IMG/VR virus record: IMGVR_UViG_3300005680_000007
Coordinates: 1-64,000 of that record
From: a virus
DNA length: 64,000 nt
Direction: 5' to 3' (one strand)
Shown piece after piece: positions 40,478-50,639 of the stretch (its first letter is position 1; each line of letters opens with the position of its first letter). A program made the translations under genes and the position numbers. A model generated the notes under the pieces. The model was given only the letters and a program-made list of their open reading frames with translations, did no database searches and was not told the origin of the DNA.

Positions 40478-41122
40478 ATGTTGAAAACATCGCTGGACAA
40501 GCCTGCCGTTGTCTACCTGATCACAAATTCCGTGACCGGGAAGACCTACATAGGCGTGACCACACGCACGCTGCGTCGCCGACTAAATGAGCACTTTGCG
40601 GGCGCGCGCTTCGGTGGTGAGAGCCGTTTCTATCGCGCTCTGCGGAAATATGACCGAAGTGTTTTCTCTATCGAAACCCTTCGCCAATGCCAAACCACGC
40701 GCGAGGCGCTCGTGGCAGAGCAAGAACTTATCGCAGAGATGAAGCCCAAATATAACTCGACCCTTGGAGGGGACGGGCAATTTGGGCGGTCAATATCGGC
40801 TGCTGGGAAGGCTCGGATTTCCGCCGCTCAAAAAGGAAAGGCAAGGTTCCTTGGCCGCAAGCACAGCGACGAAACAAAGCAGATGCTTCGCGATCTCGGA
40901 CACAAGAATATCTCGATATTCAAGCGCTATTCTCTCTTGGGCCCCGCGTCTCAGGCGCGGCCGGTAATCTGTGTTGATGATGGACTCTCATTCCACAGCG
41001 CATCTGCCGCTGCGGCCCACTATGGGCTTTCAAAAAGCTTGATCATTGAAGTTTGCCTCAAGAAGCCGTACCGGAAAACGGCGGGGGGGAAGCGGTTTGC
41101 TTATGCTGGAGAAGCCGCATGA
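40478..41122 (+). CDS. GIY-YIG homing endonuclease with NUMOD3-like repeats
   Basis: VVYLITNSVTGKTYIGVTT...RRRLNEH...AEQELI..YNS, then GKARISAAQKGK / GRKHSDETKQMLRD. Lower GC than its flanks. Confidence 0.8.
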   Translation: MLKTSLDKPAVVYLITNSVTGKTYIGVTTRTLRRRLNEHFAGARFGGESRFYRALRKYDRSVFSIETLRQCQTTREALVAEQELIAEMKPKYNSTLGGDGQFGRSISAAGKARISAAQKGKARFLGRKHSDETKQMLRDLGHKNISIFKRYSLLGPASQARPVICVDDGLSFHSASAAAAHYGLSKSLIIEVCLKKPYRKTAGGKRFAYAGEAA

Positions 41123-41517
41123 GCGGCCCGTGGCACCCTACAGGAAGGGCTCGCGTAAACCCTTCGAACCCAGAAGCTGCCGGAATTTGTGACCGTTGCG
41201 GCATGATGTTCTCCATGCGCGATCTCGTGCCGCAATATCAGTGGCAGGGGATGCAGCTGCAGAATATCGGCATTCTGGTTTGCACCGCGACCTGCCTCGA
41301 CACGCCGCAAATCCAGTTGAAGACGATCATCCTGCCGCCGGACCCGATGCCGCTGCAGGTCACGCGGCCGGAACGCTATGGCGAGAATGTGCCGTCCTTC
41401 ATGTCGACCGAAGACGGCGATCACCTGACCACCACCACTGGCGACAACCTGACCATGGCGATCCGCGTCACGCCGTCGCCCGACCCCAACACCCCGTATT
41501 ATTTCGATGAAGAATAG
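41119..41517 (+). CDS. hypothetical structural-module protein
   Basis: ATGA overlap. 132 aa. Confidence 0.45.
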   Translation: MSGPWHPTGRARVNPSNPEAAGICDRCGMMFSMRDLVPQYQWQGMQLQNIGILVCTATCLDTPQIQLKTIILPPDPMPLQVTRPERYGENVPSFMSTEDGDHLTTTTGDNLTMAIRVTPSPDPNTPYYFDEE

Positions 41518-41525
41518 ACCGCCCC

Positions 41526-44012
41526 ATGGCTAACGCCACCATGCTCAATCTGCCCGTCGCCACTGGGCTCGACGGGTCTGAATATGCGTGGATCAACCAG
41601 GGCGGCACCGACAAGCGCGCGACCCTTGCGGACATTGCCAACACCGCATCGGGCTTTATCCCGTTTGACCTCTCGAACCTCAATCCGATGCTGGTCACGG
41701 ACTCGTTCACGGTTTACGAGACCGCGACCGGCAATTACGCGCGCGCGACCTTCCCGAACGCAATGAAGGCCCTGACCGGGCTCACCGCGCTCGCCGTTCC
41801 GAACCTCACCAACGACTACCTGATCATCAACCGGGCGGCGGATAACACCACCTATAAGATCAACGTCAGCGCGTTCGGCCTGGCGAGCGGCAATCTGCCG
41901 GCGGGTGGCACCCGCGGGCAATTGCTCGCCAAGAACTCGTCGACCGATTACGACGCCACTTGGTCGTCGACGATCTTCGATGGCAGCGGCAATACCGAAC
42001 TCGCCTTCACCGCGACGGCCTCGGCGGTCAACTATCTCCGCGTCACCAACAATTCGACCGGCGGCACGCCGCTCCTGTCGTCAGATGGCGAAACCAACGT
42101 CCCGATCCGCATTGCCTCCAAGGCGGCGGCCTCGGTGTTCCTGCGCACCGACGGCACCGACCGCGTCACCGTGGGCTCGACCGGCATCGTCACGGTATCG
42201 GCTGCGGTCGCCTCGACCAATACCTCGACCGGTGCGATCGTGCTGTCCGGCGCATCGGCAGGCATCGGGCTCCCGGGGGCCATTTTTGCCGGTGGCAACG
42301 TCAATGCGGCGGCCTTGGTCCCGACCGGTGCTTCGGTCCCCAGCAATGGCATGTATTTGCCGTCGGCCAACACGCTGGGCTTTGCCACCAATTCCGGGGC
42401 CGTGGCCTCGATCGGCGCCACCGGAATCGTCACCCTGCTCGGAGCCGTGGCGTCCACCACCACCGGCACCGGCACCCTCGTCCTGTCCGGGGCTTCGGCC
42501 GGCATCGGCCTCGCTGGCGCGCTGTTTGCCGGCGGCAATGTCAACGGTGCCGCGCTCGTCCCCACCGGTTCGAGCGTGCCTGCGAACGGTGTCTATCTGC
42601 CGGCGGCCAATACCGTCAGCATCGCCACCAACACGACGGAGCGCTTCCGTGTTGACAGCGTCGGGGCGGTGCAGGTCGGCGCCGGCGCCATCACCACCGG
42701 CTATTCGTTCTCAAATATCCGCAACATCACCGGAGCCGTGTCGTCGCACGCCAACGTGTCGTCCGGGACCGTGCAATCCGACGTCACCACCCAGGCATCG
42801 GGCTACCTGACGCTGCTCGGCGTCCAGAACGCGGCCTTCACGCTGCCAATCCTGTACCACTACCGCGCCGCGCAGGGCACGTTCGGCGGTTCGGCGACCA
42901 TCACCAATCAGTACGGCTTTGCCGCAGGTTCGAACCTGACGGGGGCGGGCACCAATTACGGCTTCTGGACCGATCTTGCTGCGTCGGGTGCCGCTCGCTT
43001 TGCCTATTACAGTGCCGGTTCGGCTCCGAGCCTGCTGACCGGCATCCTGACGCTTGCTTCGGCGACCGCGTCCACGTCGACCTCCACGGGTGCCCTCGTC
43101 CTGACGGGCGCGTCCGGCGGCATCGGCCTGCTGGGCGCCATCTTCGCGGGGGGCAACGTCAACGCCGCCGCGCTGGTGCCGACGGGGTCCGCCGTCCCCG
43201 CCAATGGCATGTACCTGCCGAGCGCCAATACCGTCAGCTTCGCTACCGCCTCCACCGAGCGCATGAGGATCGATAGCGCGGGCAACGTCCAGGTCGGCGC
43301 CGGCGCGACCACCGCTGGCCGCATCTTCTCCAGCGTGAAGCAGATGACGGGCGCGGCCACGTCCTACGCCAACGCGACCTTTGCGCAGATCCAGTCCGAT
43401 GTGACGACGGCGGCGCATGGGTTCTTCTCGTCGCTCGCGGTTGCCAACGCATCGTTCACGCTCCCGGCCCTCTACGCTTTCCGCGCCATCCAAGGCTCGT
43501 TCGGCGGTTCGGCCACCGTTACCAGCCAGTTCGGGTTTATCGCCGACAACACGCTGATCGGGGCGACGACGAATTACGGCTTCTACTCGCTGCTCGCGGC
43601 ATCGGGTGCGACCCGCTACGCCTTCTACGCGGCAGGAACGGCGCCCTCGCTGTTCGCTGGCGTGACCAGCTTCACGGTGGGCACCGCCGCGACCTCGACC
43701 ACGACCGGATCGGTGGTCGTCACCGGCGGCATCGGTGCCAGCGGCGCGATCTACGCCGGGGGCCTGATCAACTCCGCGGCGGCCGTCGCCGCCCATTCCG
43801 CCACCGCAATTCCGGCCGGCGGCACCGCGGGCGCGGGCTTCGTGTTCTCGTCCACCGCGAATTTCGGGATGTTTTTCGGCTCCGGTGCGCCGACGCTCTC
43901 TGCTGCCCAGGGCTCGCTCTACCTGCGCTCGGACGGCTCGTCCACGTCGACGCGCCTCTACGTCAACACCAACGGCTCCACGACGTGGACCAATCTCACT
44001 TCCGCAGCATAA
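41526..44012 (+). CDS. tail fibre protein with tandemly duplicated modules
   Basis: 828 aa, Gly/Ala/Thr/Ser-rich, with internal repeats. Confidence 0.6.
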   Translation: MANATMLNLPVATGLDGSEYAWINQGGTDKRATLADIANTASGFIPFDLSNLNPMLVTDSFTVYETATGNYARATFPNAMKALTGLTALAVPNLTNDYLIINRAADNTTYKINVSAFGLASGNLPAGGTRGQLLAKNSSTDYDATWSSTIFDGSGNTELAFTATASAVNYLRVTNNSTGGTPLLSSDGETNVPIRIASKAAASVFLRTDGTDRVTVGSTGIVTVSAAVASTNTSTGAIVLSGASAGIGLPGAIFAGGNVNAAALVPTGASVPSNGMYLPSANTLGFATNSGAVASIGATGIVTLLGAVASTTTGTGTLVLSGASAGIGLAGALFAGGNVNGAALVPTGSSVPANGVYLPAANTVSIATNTTERFRVDSVGAVQVGAGAITTGYSFSNIRNITGAVSSHANVSSGTVQSDVTTQASGYLTLLGVQNAAFTLPILYHYRAAQGTFGGSATITNQYGFAAGSNLTGAGTNYGFWTDLAASGAARFAYYSAGSAPSLLTGILTLASATASTSTSTGALVLTGASGGIGLLGAIFAGGNVNAAALVPTGSAVPANGMYLPSANTVSFATASTERMRIDSAGNVQVGAGATTAGRIFSSVKQMTGAATSYANATFAQIQSDVTTAAHGFFSSLAVANASFTLPALYAFRAIQGSFGGSATVTSQFGFIADNTLIGATTNYGFYSLLAASGATRYAFYAAGTAPSLFAGVTSFTVGTAATSTTTGSVVVTGGIGASGAIYAGGLINSAAAVAAHSATAIPAGGTAGAGFVFSSTANFGMFFGSGAPTLSAAQGSLYLRSDGSSTSTRLYVNTNGSTTWTNLTSAA
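42450..43690. repeat. two tandem modules of about 620 bp (about 206 aa) inside the tail fibre gene, preceded by a partial copy at 42211-42449
   Basis: STxTGxLVLxGASxGIGLxGAxFAGGNVNxAALVPTGSxVPANGxYLPxANTVSxAT..ERxRxDSxGxVQVGAGAxT... recurs at protein and DNA level. Confidence 0.7.
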
Positions 44013-44017
44013 GGAAA

Positions 44018-44350
44018 ATGACCATGCCGGAATATAAAGCCTGGCGCTTCCAGTGTGACATCCCTTACGGCGAGGACGATCCGTTCGTCACCGTGTTCCT
44101 CGGCCCCGTTGTCGAAGGCCGAGAAGGCACGAACATCCAGCAGGACGCCAGCAACCCTCTGACCATGCGGCTGTCTGACCTCGGCAAATACATCGCCGGC
44201 GGCGTCGATCACGCCAACCTGTCCGCGAAGCAGCAGGACGAAATCGAAGCCAGGGCCGCGGCCAAGGCCGAAGCCGAACTGGCCGATCAGGCAGAGCGCG
44301 CCAAGATCGCGGCCGAACAGGCCGCGGCAGCAGCGCCTGCGCGCGGCTGA
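44018..44350 (+). CDS. hypothetical protein
   Basis: ATG at 44018 or 44024. Ala/Glu-rich C-terminus. Confidence 0.4.
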   Translation: MTMPEYKAWRFQCDIPYGEDDPFVTVFLGPVVEGREGTNIQQDASNPLTMRLSDLGKYIAGGVDHANLSAKQQDEIEARAAAKAEAELADQAERAKIAAEQAAAAAPARG

Positions 44351-44384
44351 TCCATCCGTTCCCCACCAGCAAGAGGCGTCCCCT

Positions 44385-44726
44385 GTGAAGACCTTCACGT
44401 TCAACACCTGTCCGCCGAAGAAAAACGCCCAGGGCATCGAAGTCGCGTTCGAGCCGAAGTCGATCCTGCACGGCATCGTCATCAACGCCCCGCAAGGACA
44501 CGGATTCACCCTCGACATGATGCGCAAGCGGCTGCGTATCGCCGATGTCCTCGAAAAGACCGAAGGCCTCACCATCACGCTCGAGGACGCCGATCACGCG
44601 CAACTCTGCGACATCCTCAACAATTTCCCGACCTTCCTCGGCGGCGACTTCATCAAGGAAGTGGTCGAAATGTGCGACACCGTCCTGAAAGCCAAGGACG
44701 CACCGCGGGATAAGAAAGCGGCCTGA
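44385..44726 (+). CDS. hypothetical protein (GTG start)
   Basis: GAGG upstream of the GTG. 113 aa. Confidence 0.45.
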   Translation: MKTFTFNTCPPKKNAQGIEVAFEPKSILHGIVINAPQGHGFTLDMMRKRLRIADVLEKTEGLTITLEDADHAQLCDILNNFPTFLGGDFIKEVVEMCDTVLKAKDAPRDKKAA

Positions 44727-45421
44727 TGTCCTACACCTACTCGACCTACACAACTGCCCTTGCGCAGTTGATGGTTATGGAAGAGTCGGACCCGCTGTTC
44801 GTCGCGATCGAGCCGTCGGTCATCGATTACGCCGAGCAGCGCTGCTACACTGACCTGAACCTGCTGGCGACGACGGTGCGCAACGCAACGCTGAGCACCA
44901 CGCCCAACAGCCGGTCCTTCACCCTGCCGGTCCCGAGCGAGGGCTATTTCCTGATCGTGCAGGGGATGAATGCGATCACGCCGGCGGGCGGCACTACCGC
45001 CACCGGCACCCGAAACCCGATTTCTCCCGCCGCGCTCCGGCTCGTGGATTTCCTCTATCCCACGGAGACCGCCCCGAGTACGCCCTCGGTGCCGTCCCTC
45101 TACGCGATGGTGACGGATACCCAGGTCGTGTTCGGCCCGGCGCCGGACGCCGCCTATCTGATCGAAGTCATCGGCACGGTGCGACCGACCGCAATGTCGG
45201 TCAGCAATCCGAGCACCATTCTCAGCAGCCATTTCCCGCAGCTGCTGATCACCGCGTCGATGGTGTTCGCCTCGGGTTACCAGAAGAATTTCGGCTCGCA
45301 GGCCGACGATCCCAAGATGGCGATCTCCTGGGAAAGCCAGTACCAGACCCTGCTCAAATCGGCCCAGACGCAGGAGACGCGCAAGAAGCTCAACCAGACT
45401 TTTGCGGGCATGCAGTCATGA
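44726..45421 (+). CDS. structural protein, paralogue A
   Basis: 231 aa. It shares IDY[AG]EQRCY.DL.LL, FTLP and Y..EV.GT.RPT with the next ORF. Confidence 0.5.
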   Translation: MSYTYSTYTTALAQLMVMEESDPLFVAIEPSVIDYAEQRCYTDLNLLATTVRNATLSTTPNSRSFTLPVPSEGYFLIVQGMNAITPAGGTTATGTRNPISPAALRLVDFLYPTETAPSTPSVPSLYAMVTDTQVVFGPAPDAAYLIEVIGTVRPTAMSVSNPSTILSSHFPQLLITASMVFASGYQKNFGSQADDPKMAISWESQYQTLLKSAQTQETRKKLNQTFAGMQS

Positions 45422-46104
45422 GCATGACCTTCCAGACCTATGTGCAGCGCTTGTTCGACGAGAGCGCGGCCATAAAGTCCGATTTCAACCCGCAAATCCT
45501 GGTCCCCGGCGCAATCGATTACGGCGAACAGCGCTGCTATCGCGACCTGGACCTGTTGAACACGGTGACGCGGCAGACCGGGACGCTCACATCCGGGTCA
45601 CGCGATTTTACGCTGCCGAGCGCATCCGGCCGCTTCGTGGTCACGAACGGCATCAATGTCATCACCCCATCGTCGCAGGCTACGCCCAATCTCGGTACCA
45701 GGGTGCAGCTTGAGTCGGTGTCGCGCGACTACATGGACGCGGTCTGGCCGTCCACGGCCGGGACCGGGACACCGTCCTGCTACGCCATGGTCACTGACCA
45801 GACCATCATTGTGGGCCCGGTGCCGAATGCGGGCTTCACGGTCGAGGTCATCGGCACCATCCGGCCGACGCCGCTCTCGTCCAGCAACACGACCACCTAC
45901 CTGACGCTGTATCTGCCGGACCTGTTTCTCGCCGCCTCGATGATCTATCTGGCCAATCTTGCCGAAAAGGCTGCCGTTCCCGCCTGGGAGCAGCAATATG
46001 CGACCCGGCTCGCGTCCGCGAACGTCGAAGAGAACCGGAAGAAATACGCCTCTGGTGCTTGGGGATCGCTGCAGCCGACCCCGATCGCAACGCCCGGCCG
46101 ATAA
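45418..46104 (+). CDS. structural protein, paralogue B
   Basis: 228 aa, a tandem paralogue of 44726-45421. Confidence 0.5.
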   Translation: MSMTFQTYVQRLFDESAAIKSDFNPQILVPGAIDYGEQRCYRDLDLLNTVTRQTGTLTSGSRDFTLPSASGRFVVTNGINVITPSSQATPNLGTRVQLESVSRDYMDAVWPSTAGTGTPSCYAMVTDQTIIVGPVPNAGFTVEVIGTIRPTPLSSSNTTTYLTLYLPDLFLAASMIYLANLAEKAAVPAWEQQYATRLASANVEENRKKYASGAWGSLQPTPIATPGR

Positions 46105-46170
46105 CCCACCGCGTCTCCCTGCCATGCGTCCTTCCCCGGTCCCGCCGGGGCTGCCGACGGAATCCGCGCA

Positions 46171-47094
46171 ATGCCATCAACCTCGAACCGCGGCTATTCG
46201 GTCCCGGCGACCGGCACGCAAAGCGGCATCTGGGGGTCCGACGACCTCAACCCGAATTTCGAGAAAATCGATGACAATCTCGGCGCCACCGCGTCGGTGG
46301 TGCTGTCGTCATCGAACGTCATTCTGTCTGCCGCTGAATATAACTGCGGCACGATCATCCTGTCGGGCGCGCTGCTCGGCAACCTGACCGTGACCTGGCC
46401 GTCGGTTTCGGGCTGGTGGACCGTCTACAATCTCTGCACCGGCAACTTCTTCGTTCGCATTCAGTGCAGCGTGCCCGGCGCGAAAATCTGCCCGCCGCCG
46501 GGGCAATGCACCGACGTCTTCACCGACGGCACCAACATGTATTACCGAAGCCTGCCGCATAACATCGGCGGGTATTGGGACTATGCCGGGAGTTCCACCC
46601 CGCTCTGGGTCAGCAACTGCACCGTCCCGCCGTATCTTCTCTGCGACGGATCGACGTTCAGCGCCGTCACCTATCCCTATCTCAATACGATCCTCGGCGG
46701 CACGACATTGCCGGATCATCGCGGGCGCTCGCGCATCGCGCTCGATGGCGGCACCAACCGCGTCACCACCGCGGGCTCCGGAATCGACGGCGCAACCCGT
46801 TTCGCGGCCGGTGGCGCTCAGAACGTCACCCTTACCGAAGCGCAACTCGCAGCGCACGCGCACACGCTCACCACCAACGGCGCCCACACCCATACGGTAG
46901 GTCCGCTGCTGACAAGCAATCCGAACCAAGGTAGCGGTGGATCAATCACGGTCTATGTCCCGTCCGCCGGAACACTGACCTCGTCCTCGAACGGTGATCA
47001 CACGCATACGGTTGGGAGTACCGGAGGGGGCACGTCGCACAACAACATGCAGCCGACGGTGGTCGGTGGAATTGTGCTGATCCGAGCGGCTTGA
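46171..47094 (+). CDS. tail-collar-domain fibre protein
   Basis: PPYLLCDGSTFSAVTYPYLNTILGGTTLPDHRGRS (Phage_Tail_Collar pattern), followed by HxH-rich repeats. Confidence 0.65.
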   Translation: MPSTSNRGYSVPATGTQSGIWGSDDLNPNFEKIDDNLGATASVVLSSSNVILSAAEYNCGTIILSGALLGNLTVTWPSVSGWWTVYNLCTGNFFVRIQCSVPGAKICPPPGQCTDVFTDGTNMYYRSLPHNIGGYWDYAGSSTPLWVSNCTVPPYLLCDGSTFSAVTYPYLNTILGGTTLPDHRGRSRIALDGGTNRVTTAGSGIDGATRFAAGGAQNVTLTEAQLAAHAHTLTTNGAHTHTVGPLLTSNPNQGSGGSITVYVPSAGTLTSSSNGDHTHTVGSTGGGTSHNNMQPTVVGGIVLIRAA

Positions 47095-49124
47095 TGCCAA
47101 ACTTCCCGCTCAAACTCATCCCGACCGTCAATGCGGAGTTTACCGAGACCCTGAACGAGGCCGGGATTTCGTCCTGCAACCTCATCCGGTTCAAGGCAAA
47201 ACTGCCGCAGAAGCTCGGCGGCTGGCAGAAGTTCGTCGATGCGGTGCTCGGGGGCACCGCGCGAGACCTTCATGCGTGGCAGGACCTGTCGGCCAATGAC
47301 TGGCTCGCCTATGGCGCCACGTCCAATGTCAGTGCGGTCTCGGACGGTGTCGTCTCCGACATCACGCCGCAGACGCTCGATACCGCGTTCACCCCGGGGT
47401 TCGCGACCACCAATCTCTCGACAACCGTAACGATCACCGACGCCGGGATTTCCAACGTCACCGATTACGACTCCATCCTGTTCCGGACACCTGTGTCGGT
47501 CGGCGGCTGCGTCTTCTATGGCGTCTATCCGATCGATGCCTCCGTCACGCCCACGAGCTATCAGATCACGGCAGACAGCGCCGCAACGTCGACGGTGGCC
47601 AACGGCGGCGCGGTGCCGCAATTCGGGACCACAAGCGGGTCCGCCATCGTCACGGTGACGTTCGCCAATCACGGCAAGGCGGTCGGGGAACCGTTTACCG
47701 CCCTCGTGTCCACCACGGTTGGCGGCCTGACGGTGTCCGGAACCTATCCGATCCTCACCACGCCGACGGCCGACACCTTCACGATCGCGGCCAACACCGC
47801 GGCCACGTCCACGACCTCGGCCTATATGGGCGGCGCCAACGAGGCGCAGCTGACCTATTACATCACGCTCGGGCCGCCCGGCGCCGGAGCGGGCTATGGC
47901 ACCGGCACCTACGGCACCGGCGGCTACGGCACCGGTTCGTCTTCGACCGCGCAGACCGGAGACCCGCTGGTCGCGACCGACTACACCCTCGATAACTGGG
48001 GCGAAAACCTGCTCGCCAATCCGCTCGGCGGCGGCATCTATGAATGGACGCCGAATTCCGGCTTCCAGAATATGCGCCTGATCGAGGAGGCGCCGATCTT
48101 CGTCAACGGCATCTTTGTCGCAATGCCGGCGCAAATCCTCGTCGCTTATGGTTGCAACCCGGAAGGCGACCAACTGCTCGATCCGCTGCTGATCCGCTGG
48201 TGCGACCAGGAGGATTATTACACCTGGATCGGGACCGCATCCAATCAGGCGGGATCGTTCAGACTGTCTTCCGGCTCGCGGGTTGTCGGCGCGCTGCAAG
48301 GCCCGCAACAGGCTCTGCTCTGGACCGACATCGATCTGTGGTCGATGTCCTATATCGGGCCTCCGCTGGTGTTCTCCTTCAACAAGATCAGTTCCGGTTG
48401 CGGGTTGATCGGGCCGCATGCCGCGGGCGTTCTCGGCGGCAACGTCTATTGGATGAACCAGGGCAATTTTTACGTTCTCGGCGGGCAAGGCGTGCAGGTC
48501 CTGCCGTCTTCGGTCTGGGACATCGTGTTCCAGGACCTCGACACCGCCAACCAGCACAAATGCGTGGCGGCGCCGAATTCCACCTTCAATGAGATGTGGT
48601 TCTTCTATCCGTCGGCCTCGGGCGGCACCGGCGAGTGCGACAAATACGTCAAGTTCAATACGCAGGAGCCGTCCTGGGACTATGGCGACATGCAGCGGTC
48701 GGCGTGGATCGACCAGAGCGTGCTCGGTCAGCCCATCGGCGCGACGTCCGGGGGCACGATCTACCAGCATGAGACATCCAACGACGCCGACGGCGCTCCG
48801 CTCAATTGGTGGTTCGAGACCGGCTATTTCGTGATCGCAGAAGGCCTCAACCAGATGGTTGTGGACTTCATCTATCCCGACTTCAAATTCGGCGAGGCCG
48901 GCGGCCTGCAGGACGCAACGGTCATGACTACCATCACGGCGGTCGATTATCCGAACGGCACTGAGCGGGTCTACGGGCCCTATTCGATGACGGCGGCGAA
49001 GAACTACATCAACACGCGGCTGCGCGGGCGCCAGATCAAACTGAAATTCGAGGGCAACGATCTCGGCACCTTCGCCCGGCTTGGCCTGATGCGCTACCGC
49101 GCGGCGCCGGACGGAAGGGTCTGA
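47091..49124 (+). CDS. large tail/baseplate-like structural protein
   Basis: 677-aa ORF with an ATGA overlap. Confidence 0.5.
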   Translation: MMPNFPLKLIPTVNAEFTETLNEAGISSCNLIRFKAKLPQKLGGWQKFVDAVLGGTARDLHAWQDLSANDWLAYGATSNVSAVSDGVVSDITPQTLDTAFTPGFATTNLSTTVTITDAGISNVTDYDSILFRTPVSVGGCVFYGVYPIDASVTPTSYQITADSAATSTVANGGAVPQFGTTSGSAIVTVTFANHGKAVGEPFTALVSTTVGGLTVSGTYPILTTPTADTFTIAANTAATSTTSAYMGGANEAQLTYYITLGPPGAGAGYGTGTYGTGGYGTGSSSTAQTGDPLVATDYTLDNWGENLLANPLGGGIYEWTPNSGFQNMRLIEEAPIFVNGIFVAMPAQILVAYGCNPEGDQLLDPLLIRWCDQEDYYTWIGTASNQAGSFRLSSGSRVVGALQGPQQALLWTDIDLWSMSYIGPPLVFSFNKISSGCGLIGPHAAGVLGGNVYWMNQGNFYVLGGQGVQVLPSSVWDIVFQDLDTANQHKCVAAPNSTFNEMWFFYPSASGGTGECDKYVKFNTQEPSWDYGDMQRSAWIDQSVLGQPIGATSGGTIYQHETSNDADGAPLNWWFETGYFVIAEGLNQMVVDFIYPDFKFGEAGGLQDATVMTTITAVDYPNGTERVYGPYSMTAAKNYINTRLRGRQIKLKFEGNDLGTFARLGLMRYRAAPDGRV

Positions 49125-49126
49125 GC

Positions 49127-49462
49127 ATGTCTTCGCTGAGCGACATCTTCACGGCGTTGAACACCGCCAACAAGAACATCTCGGAACTGATCCGGACGCT
49201 GCAAAGCATCTTCCGCAATGCCGGGACCTTCACCTGGAATGGCGCTTCGGCAACCACCACGGTCGAGAATGCGGGGGTGCAGGCGACATCGCTTGTTCTC
49301 CTGATCCCGACCAATGCCGCGGCCGCCACGCTGATGGGCAGCAACGAATACCCGTATGTGTCGTCTCGCGTGGTCGGGACGAGCTTCACGCTCACGACCG
49401 CGGCGGGCACGGCTGCGGCGGGCACGGAAACCTTCGCGTACCTCCTCATCACGCCGGTATAG
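49127..49462 (+). CDS. hypothetical structural protein
   Basis: 111-aa ORF. Confidence 0.45.
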   Translation: MSSLSDIFTALNTANKNISELIRTLQSIFRNAGTFTWNGASATTTVENAGVQATSLVLLIPTNAAAATLMGSNEYPYVSSRVVGTSFTLTTAAGTAAAGTETFAYLLITPV

Positions 49463-49466
49463 CGCC

Positions 49467-50108
49467 ATGCCCCTGAAAAAATCTTCCAGCGATGCGGCGT
49501 TCAAGGCCAATCTGAAAGCCGAGCTTGCGGCGGGAAAGCCGCAGAAGCAGGCGTTGGCGATCGCCTATCGCGTCCAGCGCGACGCCAAGGCCAAAGGCAT
49601 GGCGCGCGGCGGCAAGGTCGGATACGCGCCGGGCGGCGGCATCCCGTTCTATCTCCGCGACCAGGCCCGGCAGACCGCGCGCCCGAGCGGCGGCATCATC
49701 GGCTCCGCGGTGCCGGGACGCAGCGACCGCATTCCACTGTCGCCGAAAGGCGGTTCCTATGTCATTCCCGCGGATGTTGTCAGCGCGATCGGGCAGGGCA
49801 ATACCGCCGCCGGCGCGCGCGGGCTCAGCCGCATGTTCAAGATCGGTGCCCCGCCCAAGGGCATGCCGAGGATGCCATCGACGCGAGTGCGGATGCCAAG
49901 CGCGAAGATGGCGGCCGGCGGCGCGACCGACGGCAACGTGGACATCATGGCGGCCGGCGGCGAATTCCTGGTGCCGCCAGAGAAGGTGGCCGAGATCGGC
50001 GGCGGCGATCTGGACCGGGGCCATAACATCCTCGACGACTTCGTCATGCAGGCGCGCAAGAAGGCGATCAAGACGCTGAAAGGGCTGCCGGGTCCGCGCC
50101 AGCGATGA
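49467..50108 (+). CDS. hypothetical virion-module protein
   Basis: ATG at 49467. 213 aa, Gly/Ala/Pro-rich. Confidence 0.45.
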   Translation: MPLKKSSSDAAFKANLKAELAAGKPQKQALAIAYRVQRDAKAKGMARGGKVGYAPGGGIPFYLRDQARQTARPSGGIIGSAVPGRSDRIPLSPKGGSYVIPADVVSAIGQGNTAAGARGLSRMFKIGAPPKGMPRMPSTRVRMPSAKMAAGGATDGNVDIMAAGGEFLVPPEKVAEIGGGDLDRGHNILDDFVMQARKKAIKTLKGLPGPRQR

Positions 50109-50638
50109 CATCGGCATCGATTGTGCGGCCCGCGGTCCCTTCGGACCGGGACGAAATCTGGCGGCTGTTCCGGCTGCATGCGGAAGAGAACGCGCTGGTG
50201 CGGCTCGCGCAGGACAAGGTCGACTGGTATCTCGACCGCATGCTCTATCCGCACCGGATAGCGGTGGACGACACCGGGCCGCGCGGGCGGATCGGCGTGA
50301 TCGGAGCCTCGGGCTCGCTCGAGGCCGCCATCATGCTGGTGCTCGGCGCCCCGTGGTATTCCGACGAAATCATGCTGGACGACTGCATGAACTTCGTCGA
50401 TCCGGCGCACCGCAAGTCCGATCACGCCAAGGCGCTGATCGCCTATGCCAAGCACCTTGTGGACAAGGTGCGCGAAGGGCACCCGAATTTCAAGATGACG
50501 CTCGGCATCGTCTCGACCGAGCGCACCGAAGCGAAAATCAGACTCTACGCGCGCCAGGACCTGCAGCCGGTCGGCGCGCTGTTCGTCTATCCCCCTGCGT
50601 CTGGCGTGAAGCCCCTCACCGAGATCCGGACGGACTGA
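50105..50638 (+). CDS. GNAT-like acetyltransferase fold protein
   Basis: IVRPAVPSDRDEIWRLF...FVDPAHRKSDHAKALIAYAKHLV resembles GNAT motif A. Tentative. Confidence 0.35.
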   Translation: MTSASIVRPAVPSDRDEIWRLFRLHAEENALVRLAQDKVDWYLDRMLYPHRIAVDDTGPRGRIGVIGASGSLEAAIMLVLGAPWYSDEIMLDDCMNFVDPAHRKSDHAKALIAYAKHLVDKVREGHPNFKMTLGIVSTERTEAKIRLYARQDLQPVGALFVYPPASGVKPLTEIRTD

Positions 50639-50639
50639 C

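Noticed and set aside
41526-47094. Diversity-generating retroelement, considered because the virion module resembles BPP-1-type podoviruses.
   Set aside because: No reverse-transcriptase ORF and no template/variable repeat pair with adenine-specific differences were seen in or near the fibre genes.
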